The notes under the pieces: generated by a model
The model's input: the letters and a program-made list of their open reading frames with translations, nothing else
Told to the model about the DNA's origin: nothing
Database searches by the model: none
From: Vicugna vicugna
Taxonomy: Eukaryota
Direction: 5' to 3'
Length of the DNA stretch: 64,000 nt
Assembly (NCBI GenBank): GCA_013265495.1
Contig: MU057959.1
Coordinates: 75,202 to 139,201 of the forward strand
Shown here: positions 12,789 through 25,002 of the stretch, in pieces
How positions within the stretch are numbered: the stretch's first letter is position 1
Layout of the letters: each line of letters starts with the position of its first letter
Translations under genes and position numbers: made by a program

Positions 12789-14136
12789 GTGTCCCACTGT
12801 ACTGAGTGAGAACACCCTAAGTCCTAACTCAGTTTCAGCTGCTCACAGGACACACACAACCTCAGAATCTCTGTCTTTGGTGTCTGACCTTTGAGGAGAG
12901 TACAGTTGAAAGTGGTCTTCAGCCTCCATATTCTGACACCTGTGTTCATACTCACAAGGATGAGCACTGTTCATTTATAGTTGTCTTTCCTTTTTCTGTT
13001 TTATTTTAGTCCTAATATCGTATTTTCTCTTTGTTTCACAGATTCCTCTGTATATTGTACTGTCCAGTCTTTGACTGTGAAGTCTGTGAGAGGGAAGTTT
13101 TTCATATCTCAAAATGTCTTGGAATTTGTTTTCTTACCTCTCTGATTGGGATAATTCTGAGCAGTGTCATGATCCCAGCTGATACTCCTCATTTACCTTT
13201 CTCACTCCCTCCATGTTTGCCCCTTTCACCCCAACATTACCAGATTTTCCTTTTCGAGTCCTACCAATATGTTTCCTGCAGATGTGCACCAAGATTATCC
13301 CATCTTAGGAAGAGCTTTGTAACAGCCAATCAAGAGGAAGTTATATAGTAGTTGCTCTAAGAGATTATTGCAGCAACTTTGTCTTTGGATCCTGTTAATC
13401 CTATTATTTTATACCTGTTAATATTTACATAGCCTTTAATATGTATTGCTTGAGTTCATGTCAGTTACTGTGTGCCTTAACAGTATGGAACTAAAAAAGG
13501 AACCAACAGAAACATTAAGCTTATAACCCCCCTATATTGTTAAGCGAGCCTATGTAGATGTTCCTGGTCTTTCCTTTTCAAATTTGTCCAGGTTTCTGGA
13601 ACCCTGTACCCCATCGCCTAGCTTATCAAGTATTTTATTTCTTATTTGTCTGTTTTCTCTGTGACCATTGTTTTTAAAACTTAGATTCGCAGTTCCTCTC
13701 TAAATAGTGCCAGGAAGCTTTTGAGCCTGGCCACCAGACACATCTGGTTCCCTTCTGAATTCCTAACCATGGTTCCAATGTACTTAGAATCTGAGTTGAG
13801 GTAATTAAACACAAGCCCACTTTCAGAGATCTGATCCTGACGAAATTCTCTCCCCCAAAGTCTCTCAAATGGGGCCAGGCTCAGAGGTCCCCACAGTGTT
13901 TTATTGACGATGCTGGTTCTGATGGATGGTTGTGCTTGGACCCCCATCTTTCTCCCCAGCACTCTGGGAGTTGTCATTGCTCTTGATCGTACAGGACATT
14001 ACCAGAAGACTGTAGAGTCCTCTTCCCAAAGCTTGCCCTGTGTTAAGTGTCCTACAAGACACAGTAGATCTCTGTTCCTAACCAGGAGCTGAGGTTTGAC
14101 CAGATCCAGAAAGGTTTTAGAAGGCTGTTTGAAGGG

Positions 14137-14355
14137 TATTGGTTCTCAACGTGGGGCTACTGTGCATCCCAGGACAGACACTTGACATGAATTTGGACAT
14201 ATTTAGTTGTCCCAGTAGTAGAGGGGGGTGATTACCCCTTCCACCTAGTGGGCAGAGATGAAGCATCCTTGTAGACAGCCTACAGTGTGCAGGACAGCCT
14301 CATACCCAGGGCTATCCAGTCATTTGTCAGTCATGTGGAGGTTGAGAAATGCTAG
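14137..14355 (+). mobile_element. MER20-like hAT (Charlie) DNA transposon fossil
   Basis: Ends ggttctcaac...gaggttgagaaa and internal ctagtgggcagag / cctacagtgtgcaggacagcc match my recollection of the MER20 consensus; paralogue at ~52940-53155. Confidence 0.75.
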
Positions 14356-14514
14356 TTAATAAAAGTTAACAAACTCCTGTCACCCAGAATATAGCATCAG
14401 TCCTTGTGGCGACCTGTACATCCACACAAGACTTGCTTTTTATCCTAATTCCTCTTCAGATCGTCACCCTCTTTCTTACTCTTATTTCTGCCACACTAGG
14501 TTTGTGCTGACTCA

Positions 14515-14554
14515 ATATGGCTTTCTACTTACTCATATGGCTTTCTACTTACTC
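14515..14554. repeat. Perfect 20-bp tandem duplication (atatggctttctacttactc x2)
   Basis: Seen directly; single copy in the paralogous positions ~35560 and ~53320. Confidence 0.9.
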
Positions 14555-16787
14555 TTGTTCACACTGTACTAAAGCCCCACGTTCCTGACAGCTTCCTGCT
14601 TTTCAGTTTGCTGAACTTTTCATAAGCAGTCTTCATCTACTAAAAAGTGACTTCCACTTGGTCATAGTCTTGGACTTTGAAGTTGGCTGCATCTCCAGTT
14701 TGCAGGACTGGTGAATGAATGAGTCATTGTGTGTCCCCAGGGATTTCTGTTCCTGTTGGTCACATGTGGGTAATCATGAATGTAACAGAGACATTTGATG
14801 AATAGAAATCCTGAAGGACCTGTTGAGGGCCTTGTGTCCAGATCCCTGAGTTGGGGTCATTCAGGTACACTCACTGTAGTGTACTTAAAGTAGAAGGTGT
14901 TCTTGTCAGCAGTGTTCTTGACCAGACATACAAGGCTGTAGGTCTGATTGGACTGACTTTGATGTGTTTAGAAGGAAGTCCGAATGGCCAGCATCCCCCA
15001 CTCTAAGGCTAGTTGTTCTCAAAATGTATAAAGTAAGGGAAAGACAGTCATGGTGGGTTCAGTACAGAATTGGTGGTGTTTAAACTGGAGGATACCAGAA
15101 ACTGACTCACAGAGAGTAGGAATTCATGTATTAAATAATTACCCAGATTATATGTTTCACCAAAGCTTCCAAGGATAACTGTAGTCTGTCTCAGGAAAAG
15201 ACCTCCATCTTTCCATTGAATGTCAGTGGTTTGGAAAACACTTTCAGGTGTCAAACAGCCTCAGCAAAAAAGAGCTAAACACTAAGTGTGAGTGACATGG
15301 GCAACATCTACACCTGATGTCAAATTTTCTCACTAGATCTTTTTTTATGTTGTTGTTGTACATTGAAAATCCCTCATTCCCATCCATTTGTGAAGAAAAC
15401 AGACATTAAAGAAAAACAAAAACAAAACTGCCATGCTTTATGACCTCTGATTCCTTCTGGAAGCTTTTAGGCATGTAAATGGTGTTGAACAGGACTAAAT
15501 ATCTTCTCTTACAAATGTCAGAGGATGCTGTTTCCAGGAGAAAAGGTCCCCATTGTCTCTTTCCTGAATTTACCTTTGAGTTGATGTCCCTGTGTTGGGT
15601 TTGGTCAGTTGGTGTCTGTTTGTCCATTGTTTCCATTTCATCATGTGTGTGTGTTTTACTGAATGATGGACACTCCATCTGGATGATATTTCCATCAGCC
15701 TGTCCGTGGACACAGCCCTTGATCAAAATGTTTATTGTCAATGAAATAGGAACATTTTCCATGCCTCCACTCTGCTCTCAGTAATGAGTGAGGATTAGCT
15801 AAGGTCACCTTGAAATCAAAAGGCAAGGAGCAGAACCGAGATTCCCAGACCAGCCATTCTAAAGGTGTGTGCACTCATTTAGAGAGAGACTTATTCTTCT
15901 TTGGGTGACTTGACTTTCCCCTTATTTTCTGGAGTTTTGTAAAATATATGTGCTGTCATCCAAAATAGACGAAACTTTTGTCCATATATGCATAAAAGGA
16001 TGGTGTATTTTGCAAGATTGTTAGTGTCCAATGTTCGGTGTGCATTCAGTTATTATCAGTTTAACACCTGTCCTGTGAGAACCTCACCCAAGTCTCAAAA
16101 TTCATCGGGAACCAGACTGACTGGATTCAGGATCCAGTGAGTTTATCTTCCCATGATAAGAGACAGGACAGAAGTAAGCTCATCATTCTTGCCTAACATC
16201 TCACCTGTTTCTAAGTTCTAGGATGAAAAATAAAGTAATGCAGGACCATGGATTGTATCTGGGTACATTTTTAGATGAAGACAGAATTTCTAGACTAAAG
16301 GATTTTGAGTTAGCTTTGAGGAGAGTTGGACGAGTGAGATGAGTGTGTACCTGGTACAGGAATCTGCTGGGAACAAAAGCTAAAAAGCTGTTTTGGAAGG
16401 TCTTCTCAGTTGTTACTATATCAATATTCTAAAGGTGTGTGCACTTAGGTAAGACATTTCCATTTATCGCAATCATGAACTAATTGAGATATATAAAAAT
16501 TGTTACTAGTATGTTGTTGTGTTAAAACATTTGAATATAAATCTAGTAGTCTTTTAGCTGGACACGTTCATAGTAGGCAGTGGAAGAAATTAAATTCACA
16601 AAGTAGATCTCTTTGAAGTAAAATATGAATAATCTTCAAATTATGACTACCTGAAATGAAGAAAAAATGATTCTCTTGATTTTTTTTCTGCTATATGTAT
16701 AAAACAAAGGTTGCTGTCCAATAAATTAGTATGTTTGTGCATTAATGAAAATGCATGCTTTTATAAAATGTAGACTTTGTACCAATC

Positions 16788-19432
16788 TTCTTTTAAACAT
16801 TTTTATTGATTTATAATGAGTTTACAATGTTGTGTCAAATTCAAATGTAGAGCACAGTTTTTCAATTATACATGAACATATATATATTCATTGTCACATT
16901 CCTTTCTCTGTGAGCTACCATAAGATCTTATATATATTTCCCTGTGCTATACAGTATAATCTTGTTTATCTATTCTACAATTTTGAACTCCCAGTCTATC
17001 TCTTCCCACCCCCCTGCCCCTTGGCAACCACAAGTCTGTATTCTATGTCTATGAGTCTATTTTTGTTCTGTATTTATGTGTTTTTTTTTTTTAGATTCCA
17101 CATATGAGCGATCTAATATGGTATTTTGCTTTCTCTTTCTGGTTTACTTCACTTAGAATGACATTCTCCAGGAGCACCCATGTTGCTGTAAATTGCATTG
17201 TGTTGTTGGTTTTTATGGCTGAATAGTATTCCGTTGTACAGATATACCACATCTTCTTTATCCAGTCACCTGTTGATGGACATTTAGGCTGTTTCCATGT
17301 CTTGGCTATTGTAAATAATGCTGCTATGAACATTGAGGTGCAGGTGTCATCCTGAAGTAGGGTTCCTTCTGGATATATGCGCAGGAGCAGGATTCCTGGG
17401 TCATACGGTAAGTCTATTCCTAGTCTTCTGAGGAATCTCCATGCTGTTTTCCACACTGGCTGCACCAAACTGCACTCCCACCCGCAGTGTAGGAGGGTTC
17501 CCTTTTCTCCACAGCCTCTCCAGCATTTGTTGTTTGTGGACTTTTGAATGATGGCCATTCTGACTGGTGTGAGGTGATACCTCACTGTAGTTTTGATTTG
17601 CATTTCTCTGAGAATTAGTGATATTGAGCATTTTTCATATGCCTGTTGATCATTTGTATTTCTTCCTTGGAGACTTGCTTGTTTAGGTCTTCTGCCCATT
17701 TTTGATTGGGTTGTTTATTTTCTTCATATTGAGTCATATGAGCTGCTTATGTATTCTGGAGATCAAGCCTTTGTCGGTTTCATTTGAGAAAATTTTCTCC
17801 CATTCCGTAGATTGTCTTTCTGTTTTACTTATGGTTTCCTTTGCTGTGCAGAAGCTTGTAAGTTTCATCAGGTCGCATTTGTTTATTCTTGCTTTTATTT
17901 CTATTGCTTGAGTAGACTGTTCTAGGAGAACATTTTTGAGATGTATGTCAGATAATGTTTTGCCTATATTTTCTGACGGGAGTTTTATTGTATCTTGTGT
18001 TATGTTTAAGTCTTTGATCCATTTTCAGTTGATTTTTGTGTCTGGTGTAAGGGAGTGTTCTAGCTTCATTGTTTTACATGCTGCTGTCCAGTTTTCCCAA
18101 CACCATTTGCTGAAGAGACTGTCTTTATTCCATTGTATGTTCTTGCCTCCTTTGTCGAAGATGAGTTGACCAAAAGTTTGTGGGTTCATTTCTGGGCTCT
18201 CTATTCTGTTCCATTGGTCTNNNNNNNNNNNNNNNNNNNNNNNNNNNNNNNNNNNNNNNNNNNNNNNNNNNNNNNNNNNNNNNNNNNNNNNNNNNNNNNN
18301 NNNNNNNNNNNNNNNNNNNNNNNNNNNNNNNNNNNNNNNNNNNNNNNNNNNNNNNNNNNNNNNNNNNNNNNNNNNNNNNNNNNNNNNNNNNNNNNNNNNN
18401 NNNNNNNNNNNNNNNNNNNNNNNNNNNNNNNNNNNNNNNNNNNNNNNNNNNNNNNNNNNNNNNNNNNNNNNNNNNNNNNNNNNNNNNNNNNNNNNNNNNN
18501 NNNNNNNNNNNNNNNNNNNNNNNNNNNNNNNNNNNNNNNNNNNNNNNNNNNNNNNNNNNNNNNNNNNNNNNNNNNNNNNNNNNNNNNNNNNNNNNNNNNN
18601 NNNNNNNNNNNNNNNNNNNNNNNNNNNNNNNGGGATTGTTTCTTTCTTTTTCTGTTGATTCATCGTTAGTGTAAAGAAATGCAACTGATTTTTGAACGTT
18701 AATCTTGTAACCTGCTACGTTGCTGAATTCTTCAATCAGCTCTAGTAGTTTTGTGTGGACCTTTAAGGGTTTTCTATATGTAGTAAACATGTCATTGGCA
18801 TTTCGTGATATTTTTACCTCTTCTTTTCCAATTTGGATCCCTTTGATTTCTCTCTCTTGCCTGACTGCTGTGGCTAGGACTTCCAGGACTATGTTGAATA
18901 GGAGTGGTGATAGTGGGCATCCTTGTCTTGTCCCAGATTTTAGTGGGNNNNNNNNNNNNNNNNNNNNNNNNNNNNNNNNNNNNNNNNNNNNNNNNNNNNN
19001 NNNNNNNNNNNNNNNNNNNNNCATGTGGATTCTTTTTCATGTTGATGTGATGTATTACATTGATTGATTTGTGTTTGTTGAACCAGCCTTGTATCCCTGG
19101 GATGAACCCCACTTGGTCATGATGTATAATCTTTTTTATGTTATGTGTTGNNNNNNNNNNNNNNNNNNNNNNNNNNNNNNNNNNNNNNNNNNNNNNNNNN
19201 NNNNNNNNNNNNNNNNNNNNNNNNNNNNNNNNNNNNNNNNNNNNNNNNNNNNNNNNNNNNNNNNNNNNNNNNNNNNNNNNNNNNNNNNNNNNNNNNNNNN
19301 NNNNNNNNNNNNNATCTGGAAGAAGAAGGACTGGTATGAGTTCTTTGTATGTTTGGTAGAATTCCCCGGTGAAGCCATCCGGTCCTGGACTTTTATTTGT
19401 AGGGAAGTGTTTAATTGCTATTTCTATTTCCT
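16788..19432 (-). mobile_element. Young LINE-1, 3' UTR and ORF2 3' half, broken by assembly gaps
   Basis: ORF 17091-17699 gives a well-preserved ORF2p C-terminus ([37 protein letters not shown]); RT motif [21 protein letters not shown] at ~18860-18940. Confidence 0.95.
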
Positions 19433-20052
19433 TTCCTTTATTGCAAAATCTACTTTTTTCTTTTTTTTTACTATACATATACAGCAGAAGATTTACAAGT
19501 TACTAACAATTGCTGGACCGATGAAATGTTAAGTTCTTAAAAAAGAAAAGGCTTTTATTCTTTCAACGGGTATGATAACTTACAAGTCGCCATCCACCAA
19601 TACTACTCATAAATAGAGTTGTTTCATGTTTGATATGCACGTATTTGACCCTAGGTATTATTAGGAATTCTCAATCCTTAAGATAGTATAACATGCATGT
19701 GAATAGCCTCTCTTAGCAGGTAATTTGAGAAGTAGCAGCTCTTTTATTTCTCAGATTTTAACATGCACATACATCTTTAAATACAATTTTAGAAAGAAAG
19801 TAATATACACAAATTGATTACTGTAATATAATAGATCCCTGCACTGAAAGCTCCCTCTGCTTGTTAAGCATACATATTCTGCATACTCTTGACATGACTT
19901 TTTTCCCACATCTATGTGAAACATCACCTTTTCAGAGAAATGTTTCCTTACCACCCTAACTAAATCTGTACACTCATACTGCCAATAACAACTCTCATAA
20001 ATTGTAACTGTAGATATGNNNNNNNNNNNNNNNNNNNNNNNNNNNNNNNNNN
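18221..20052. other. Assembly gaps: N-runs at 18221-18631, 18948-19021, 19151-19313 and 20019-20052
   Basis: Seen directly; contiguity across this interval is uncertain. Confidence 0.99.
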
Positions 20053-20112
20053 TTTGTGCCCAAGTACACTTTTCAGTGTTAAGAAGATAGAAGTTATCTC
20101 AAGCATCTTTAC

Positions 20113-20322
20113 TGACTGGGATTTCAAAACTGTAGAATAGATAAACAAAATTACACTGTATAGCACAGGGAAATATACACAAAATGTTATGATAACTCAC
20201 AGAGAAAAAAATGTGACAATGAGTGTGTATATGTCCATGAATGACTGAAAAATTTTGCTGAACACTGGAGTTTGACACAACATTGTAAAATGATTATAAA
20301 TCAATAAAAAATGTTTAAAAAA
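20113..20322 (+). mobile_element. 5'-truncated young L1 3' end in plus orientation
   Basis: Reverse complement of the 16790-16990 3' UTR, ending aatcaataaaaaatgtttaaaaa. Confidence 0.88.
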
Positions 20323-23300
20323 TGTATATCCTATTTTTTGGGGGTGTAATGCTCTGAAAATATCCACCAAATCTAATTTTTCTATTGTATTATTTAATTT
20401 CTCTGTTGCCTTATTTATTTTCTGTCTGGAAGATCTGTCTAGTGATGTTAGTGCAGTGTTAAAATCTCCTACAATGATTGTATTCCCATCAATATCGCCC
20501 TTTTTCTGTGTTAGTAATTGTTCTATGTACTTAGGTGCTCGTATATTGGGTGCATATATATTAATGAGTGTAATAGCCTCATCTTGTATCACTCCTTCAA
20601 TCATTATAAAATGTCCTTCTTTATCTTTTTTTATGGTCTTTGTTTTAAAGTCTATTTTGTCTGAAATCAGTACTGCAACACCTGCTTTTTTGGGTTTTCC
20701 ATTTGCATGGAATATCCTTTTCTACCCTTTCTATATGTGTCCTTCTCCCTATAGTGGGTTTCTTGTAGACAGCATATTGAAGGTTCCTGCTTTATTATTC
20801 AGTCTGCCACTCTGCATCTTTTGACTGGAACATTTGATCCATTAACATTTACAGTAACTAATGATAGATGTGTGTTTTGAACTTATCATTACAGTTGTTT
20901 TGGTATTTCCTCTTTGTTCCTTTCTTCTTCCTTTGTGTTATTATGGATTTTATTTAGTTTTTGTGACTCCCTTGTAAGTTTTTGGCTTGTGGTTACCCTT
21001 TTTCATAAATCTATTAGCCCATTAGTGTAAGTTCTTATTAAACTGATAGTAACATGATCTCAAACCCATCCTACCGAGAAGAAAAAATTTAAAAAAGAAA
21101 CAAAAAAAAATTCTTTATTTCCCTGACTCTCTCTCCCACTTTCAGTGATTTGTATGTCTTCTTTTATAATTTTGTGTATATTTTATTTGTATTCCATGAG
21201 TTATCACCTTTCCAGTTGTGAGTTTGTCATTTCTGTAGCATCCTGCTGCTTTTGTATTTAGAGTAGACCTGTCAATATTTCTTTTAGCATGGGTATGGTG
21301 TGGCTAAACTCTTGTAGCTTTTTCTTGTCTGTGAAATTCTTTATCTCTCCTATCCTAAAGGATAGCCTTACTAGATAAAGTATCCTTGGCTGCATCTTTT
21401 TTTCATTCAGGACTTTGAATATGTCTTACCACTCCCTTCTGGACTGTAGTGTTTGTGTAGAGAAATCAGCTGAGAGCCTTATGGGGGGTTCCCTTGTAAC
21501 TCACTCTTTGCTTTTGTCTTGCTGCCTTTAGGATCATTTCTTTATCCTTGACTCTGGCCATCTTGATTATATGTCTTGGTGTGGGTCTATTTGGGTTCTT
21601 CCTGTTTGGGACCCTCTTAGCTTCCTGTACTTGGATATCTGATTCCTTCTTTAAGTTTGGTAAGTTTTCAGTCATGATTTCTTCAAAAACCTTTTCAATC
21701 CCCTTTGATCTTTCTTCCCCTTCTGGGACCCCTCTTATGCAAAGATTGGCTTGCTTTATATTATCCCATAGGTCCCATATGCTATTTTCATTTGTTTTTA
21801 TTTGTTTGTCTTGTAGGTCTTCTGATTGGGTGCTTTCTATTGTCATGTCTTCTAGGTCACTAATTCGTTCCTCTGCATTATGTAGTTGGCTTTGCACAGC
21901 TTTTAGATCATTCCTTATCTCAGTCAATGAGTTTATGCATCCTTCTTGGCTCTTTATAGCTTCAATTTCATTTTTGCCATATTTTATATCTCTAAATATG
22001 ATGTCTTTTAATTCCTTCAGCACTTTGATCACTCCTTTTCTGAAATCTTTATCTAGTAGGCTATTGATGTCTATTTCATTGATCTTTCAGGGGATTTGTG
22101 TTTTTCTTTTAATTGGGGATGGTTCCTCTGCCTCTTCATTTTGCTCCTATGTGTAGCACTATGGCTTATGGAGTATTAGTTATCTAATGTGGTCCTTAAG
22201 AAGTTTATTTATCTACCTGAATTGAATTTAGAAATAAAACTTAAAAAGAGGAAATTTAAAAGAAGAGAAAAAAGAAAAAAGTTTTAAATCTTAGTGTAAT
22301 CAGTAACAGAAGAACAAATTGAGGCAAAATAAAAACTGAGTTGAGACGCTGTTTTAAAACCTTAAAAGAGGAAAATAAAATTTGAAAACTGAGTATAATC
22401 AATAACAGGGGAACAAAGCCAAGAGAATTAAAAATGAAAAAGTAACATTTGCAAATCATAATAATAAAAGTATTTTAAAACAAAATTTTAAAAGAGATTA
22501 AAAATAGAGACTTATAAAATTGTTTAAGAAGTTAAAAAGTAAAAAAGAAAAAAAGCTTGATGGGAGAAAAAAATAAGTAGGTGTGTTCCTGCGGAGACTG
22601 TGCTGTTAATGATTTTGTCGAGAGGTCCTTCTTGAGTATGAGTGGTTGCCAAGTCTTACTTCGCTTTAGTTAGGGGTGTGGCCCTTGAGCTGACAGTCAG
22701 AGCCTGCCCTTGTTACTGAATGGCGCCTCCTTGTGTTTTGTTGTTGTTGCTGCTCTTGCCCTCTCTTTGCTGCACAAACTCAGCTCGCTGTTTCCACAGG
22801 CCGTCTGTTCGCCCCCTGGTCTGTGCTGTTCCCAGTGCAGGTTGGCAGGCAGGTCCTGCCCCCACCCAACACCAAGGTCAGGTGCTGCTCTCCTGCATAG
22901 TAGGTGTGTGAGTCACGCCTTCTCCTGGTGCTTATCACTCCTGTGCTCTGTGCAGCTGTCCGCTGAGCCTTAGGTCCGTGCTCCGCAGACTGGCTTGAGG
23001 AGAATGGCAGAACAGCACTCACCCTTGCTTTGTACCATAACTCTGCTCCTTGTTCATTTGTCTTAAAGGCTCAAGTTCACTGAGGCACCAGGACAGAATG
23101 ATCCTATCTGGCTGAGGTTGTAAACAAGTCTCAGTCCCTCCTATCAGCTAAGCCCCTAGGTATGGATTCAGGTTCTGATACTGCCCCTGCCTTGGGAATA
23201 AGCACCAGAGGATATTGTGGCTAAGGCTGAGCCCTGCATCTCTTCTCAGTAGAACTCTCCATTACTGGTTCCGCGGGTTTTGGAGACAAAGGATATGACA

Positions 23301-23343
23301 CCCTTCCCCCCAGGGCACACCAGCCTTGTTGGGTTTTTTTTTT

Positions 23344-24406
23344 CCTACTTTATGGAGGACCTAGGTTGTTCTGGTCTGTATACCCTTCCAGGTATGATGC
23401 ACAGCACCCTGAGGTCCCCAGAGGTTACCTCAGTGCAATTGCTCCAGTCCTCTGCCCTTCTCCAGCAGCCTTTCCCTTCCCCCAGCTGCTGGCTCTTGTC
23501 TCGGGCTGGGTGTCACAGGGATACTTTGTGCCCTTTTAACTTAGTTCTGTCAGTCAGGGGGTGCTCTGTACAGATCGGAACCTTGGAGGCTCCCCCTCTA
23601 TCCCACTGGCCTCTCCTTTGGAGAAGGAGGGAACCATCGAACCAGCTCTATCCCTCCTTCGCTGCTCCCTCCCCATGGGACTGATCCTGCACTTTTTTGC
23701 TTTTTCTTCTTATTTTCCTGTTCTGTCAGATTCCTGGCATATTTTGTTTTTTGAAAAAAGTGATGTTCTTTCATAGTTCAGCAGGTGCTCTGATTGACTG
23801 GCTGGGTCTGTGGATTTGAGTCGTGGTGTATTTGTGGGAGAGGGTGAGCTATGAGCACCCTTCTACTCCACCATACCTACTTTATGGAGGACCTAGGTTG
23901 TTCTGGTCTGTATACCCTTCCAGGTATGATGCACAGCACCCTGAGGTCCCCAGAGGTTACCTCAGTGCAATTGCTCCAGTCCTCTGCCCTTCTCCAGCAG
24001 CCTTTCCCTTCCCCCAGCTGCTGGCTCTTGTCTCGGGCTGGGTGTCACAGGGATACTTTGTGCCCTTTTAACTTAGTTCTGTCAGTCAGGGGGTGCTCTG
24101 TACAGATCGGAACCTTGGAGGCTCCCCCTCTATCCCACTGGCCTCTCCTTTGGAGAAGGAGGGAACCATCGAACCAGCTCTATCCCTCCTTCGCTGCTCC
24201 CTCCCCATGGGACTGATCCTGCACTTTTTTGCTTTTTCTTCTTATTTTCCTGTTCTGTCAGATTCCTGGCATATTTTGTTTTTTGAAAAAAGTGATGTTC
24301 TTTCATAGTTCAGCAGGTGCTCTGATTGACTGGCTGGGTCTGTGGATTTGAGTCGTGGTGTATTTGTGGGAGAGGGTGAGCTATGAGCACCCTTCTACTC
24401 CACCAT
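23344..24406. repeat. 531-bp tandem duplication of the L1 5' UTR end (23344-23874 and 23876-24406)
   Basis: The copies appear identical by eye; the ORF track shows identical 71-aa ORFs at 23561 and 24093 (offset 532). Confidence 0.95.
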
Positions 24407-24413
24407 CTTGGCC
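24403..24413 (-). promoter_or_regulatory. YY1-type motif (GGCCAAGATGG) at the L1 5' terminus
   Basis: Same core (CAAGATGG) and position as the YY1 site at the start of mammalian L1 5' UTRs. Confidence 0.65.
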
Positions 24414-24420
24414 ATTCCCT

Positions 24421-25002
24421 CTCCTTTGTTCTTCTGTGTTTGATTTCTGATTTCATGGCATCATGGTGAGAAAAGTTTCTTGAAATAATTTCTATCCTTT
24501 TAAATTTGTTTAGGCTTCCTTTGTGGCTAACTAATGATCTATCCTTGAAAATGTTCCATGTGCACTTGAAAATATATATTCTACATTGGGGAAGATGGAA
24601 TGTTTTGAAACTATCAATCAATTCAAATTATTTTATTGTGTCATTTAGTTTCTCTGTTGCCTTATTAATACTCTGTTTGGATGATCTGTCCCACATTTTA
24701 ATGGAATGTTAAGGCCTCCTACACTGTGTTCCGATCAGTTTCTCCCTTTTTATCTGATAATATTTGCTTTATATGTTAAGGTGCTCATATATTGGGTGCA
24801 TACATGTTAATGGGTGTAACATCCTCATCTCACATTGGTCCTTTAATCATTATATGGTTTCCTTCTTTGTCTTTTTTATGGCCTTTTAAAAAATGGTATT
24901 TTGTCTTAAATCAGAATTGCCGCTCCTGCCTTCTTATTTCTGTGTGCATTAAATATCTTTTTCCATCCTCTCACTTTTGATCTGTGTGTCCTTCTCCCGA
25001 AA
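24421..25002 (-). mobile_element. Older L1 ORF2 endonuclease-region fragment
   Basis: Homologous to 3020-3540, 39725-40300 and 59325-59910. Confidence 0.85.

Larger units (their letters stand above)
20323..24420 (-). mobile_element. LINE-1 5' half: 5' UTR, ORF1 (ATG ~22139, frameshifted) and ORF2 endonuclease start
   Basis: ORF 21466-22032 is ORF1p (NLCIRGVPEGEE..PTPRHIIKMARVKDKEMILKAAR); ORF 20197-20604 is the endonuclease (NIYAPN..IIVGDFNT). The 5' terminus carries GGCCAAGATGG at 24403-24413. Confidence 0.95.

Noticed and set aside
15406..15784. Overlapping 118-aa and 101-aa ORFs in the upstream flank
   Set aside because: Frames are broken in the B and C paralogues and no protein family is recognisable.
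16047..16068. Short resemblance to U2 snRNA (gttattatcagtttaacacctg)
   Set aside because: Only ~22 nt, with no flanking U2 sequence, and the paralogous positions (~37083, ~54861) do not match; chance similarity.
18025..19532. Long X-containing ORFs
   Set aside because: Artefacts of translating through N-gaps within L1 ORF2.
23280..24308. Duplicated plus-strand ORFs as genes or an L1 ORF0 equivalent
   Set aside because: They are antisense frames in a GC-rich L1 5' UTR, repeated only because of the 531-bp duplication; there is no evidence of coding.
16788..24420. A single intact, active full-length L1
   Set aside because: ORF1 is frameshifted, ORF2 is gapped and interrupted by foreign sequence, and no TSD links the two ends.
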